64,000 nt of DNA. Origin: Octopus vulgaris (lineage: Eukaryota). The number at the start of each line of letters is the position of its first letter. Position 1 is the first letter of the stretch. The position numbers and the translations under genes were made by a program. A model generated the notes under the pieces. It was not told the origin of the DNA and ran no database searches. It worked only from the letters and a program-made list of their open reading frames with translations. Of the stretch, positions 62,641-64,000 are shown piece by piece. Location of the stretch: contig OX597838.1 in the NCBI GenBank assembly GCA_951406725.2, positions 31,868,001-31,932,000 of the forward strand, written 5' to 3'.

Positions 62641-64000
62641 GTAATAGAATTCCTTGTTTTTTTTTTTCTTTTTTCATTACTTGCTCTCTCTCTCTCCATC
62701 CTGTTTATCATTTTTAGATTTAAAACACTCCATCTGTTTTCTGAGTCTTGTGTTTTATATTTGTCTACATTGTACATATGTTGTTATGTGTCTCACATTG
62801 CATGTATTAATCTGTGCATATTACAAGGTCCTCACCATTTCATGTCCATTGTCCACATTGGTACAGCTTGGACGCATCACTCATTGTGTTTCTAGATGGG
62901 TCACAGGACCACATCTGCTTTTTATGTGTAACTAGCAGTATCGCCCAGCGTTTCTCGGGTGTTTCGAACCTTTAGAATTGGAATTTTTGAAAAGTAAAAG
63001 TTTTGCATTATGTAGCTTGTTATTCTCTTAAAGTGAACATTTTTCTGGTTGAAATACACCAAAAAATGGCGACACAGCAGTCAAAAAATTGTAAAAAATA
63101 GGGATTTTCATAGAAAAAAGCACCTTTTTGATGTAAATAATTTTTAGTGTTAACATGGTCCGATTTGAATTTTCTTCTTCTACTCTCAATTTTGGTCAAC
63201 TTGCGCTGCAGGGTCTCGGAGGAGATAGTGTTAGTTGAAGGCTACCAAATCTGCCATACACAGACAACTTCAGCTTTATATATATATAGATTTTTGATTT
63301 GATTTCTATAGTTGGATACTCTTCCCAACACCAACCACTTCACAGAGTCTGTTGGATGCAATTTCTCATAGCATTAGAGAAGTTGCTAAGTCTTTGACAA
63401 GACCAAACAGGACCTCTTGACCTCATACCTGACTGAGTGCACTGGGTGCATTTCACTGTGGCACCTGAGAGGAGAGGTGTAAGAGGACTTTTGAAGAGCA
63501 AGAGGTGGATGGTTAGTGTCAATACCAAAATGGCCAGAGGGTGTGTATGGGTATTTGCTTATATAATGTGCCTGTGTGTGTATAATGTGTAGTGACGCTA
63601 CTGTGTAAGTTTCAGTGCACATGCACAGAATTGGATTCCTTCTGGTTGGCCACCGGAAGTTTCCTCATGCGCAGGAACTGCAACCTGAAGGCGTGACCAC
63701 TAAATTGGTCCTTTTCTGGCAGAGCAGCGCTAGTGATCAGACGTGGCTCGACTTCTCTCAGGGAACACCCTACGCACAGAGAAGCTCTCACTTCGAAGCG
63801 GGAACGAACACCGTATCTTCTTGGCTCACACGAGTGAACATTTGTGTAAACAGTCCTGTGGACTCGGATGTCGGTTTCCTCACAAGAAATACATATGTAT
63901 ATTGTTTTACCTGTGAACAGTAGAATAAAACTACCATTTGTTGTTATTGAAGACAGCCTGACTTTGGTTCCGTTTCTTCAACTTGTATGTGACAAGATCA

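Overview
AT-rich, microsatellite- and SINE-dense eukaryotic DNA. The repeat families suggest an octopus (coleoid cephalopod) genome, which is an inference. The window lies inside one + strand gene, the BLTP2 / KIAA0100 / hobbit bridge-like lipid transfer protein. I assembled 29 consecutive GT-AG coding exons by hand (1381-62640, 3,548 nt, about 1,182 codons); all splice phases are compatible and there are no stops, and both ends of the gene lie outside the window. The introns hold tRNA-derived SINEs, 3' fragments of RTE, CR1, R4/Dong, HERO and CRE-like LINEs, a decayed Tc1 transposon, Tc1/hAT/piggyBac-type MITEs, non-autonomous Helitrons and a G-rich minisatellite. The most unusual signal is a set of nine 250-440 bp foldback (long inverted repeat) insertions plus one related non-palindromic insert. 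Three have 12-13 bp target-site duplications, and most carry a whole or half minimal type I hammerhead ribozyme, usually at the inversion point. The cores include canonical CUGAnGA and the compensatory variants G3-C8 (GUGAACA) and U3-A8 (UUGAAAA), and stem III is palindromic (dimer type). This fits Penelope-like element or retrozyme-derived insertions. Repeat boundaries were read by eye and are approximate; no database search or folding program was run.
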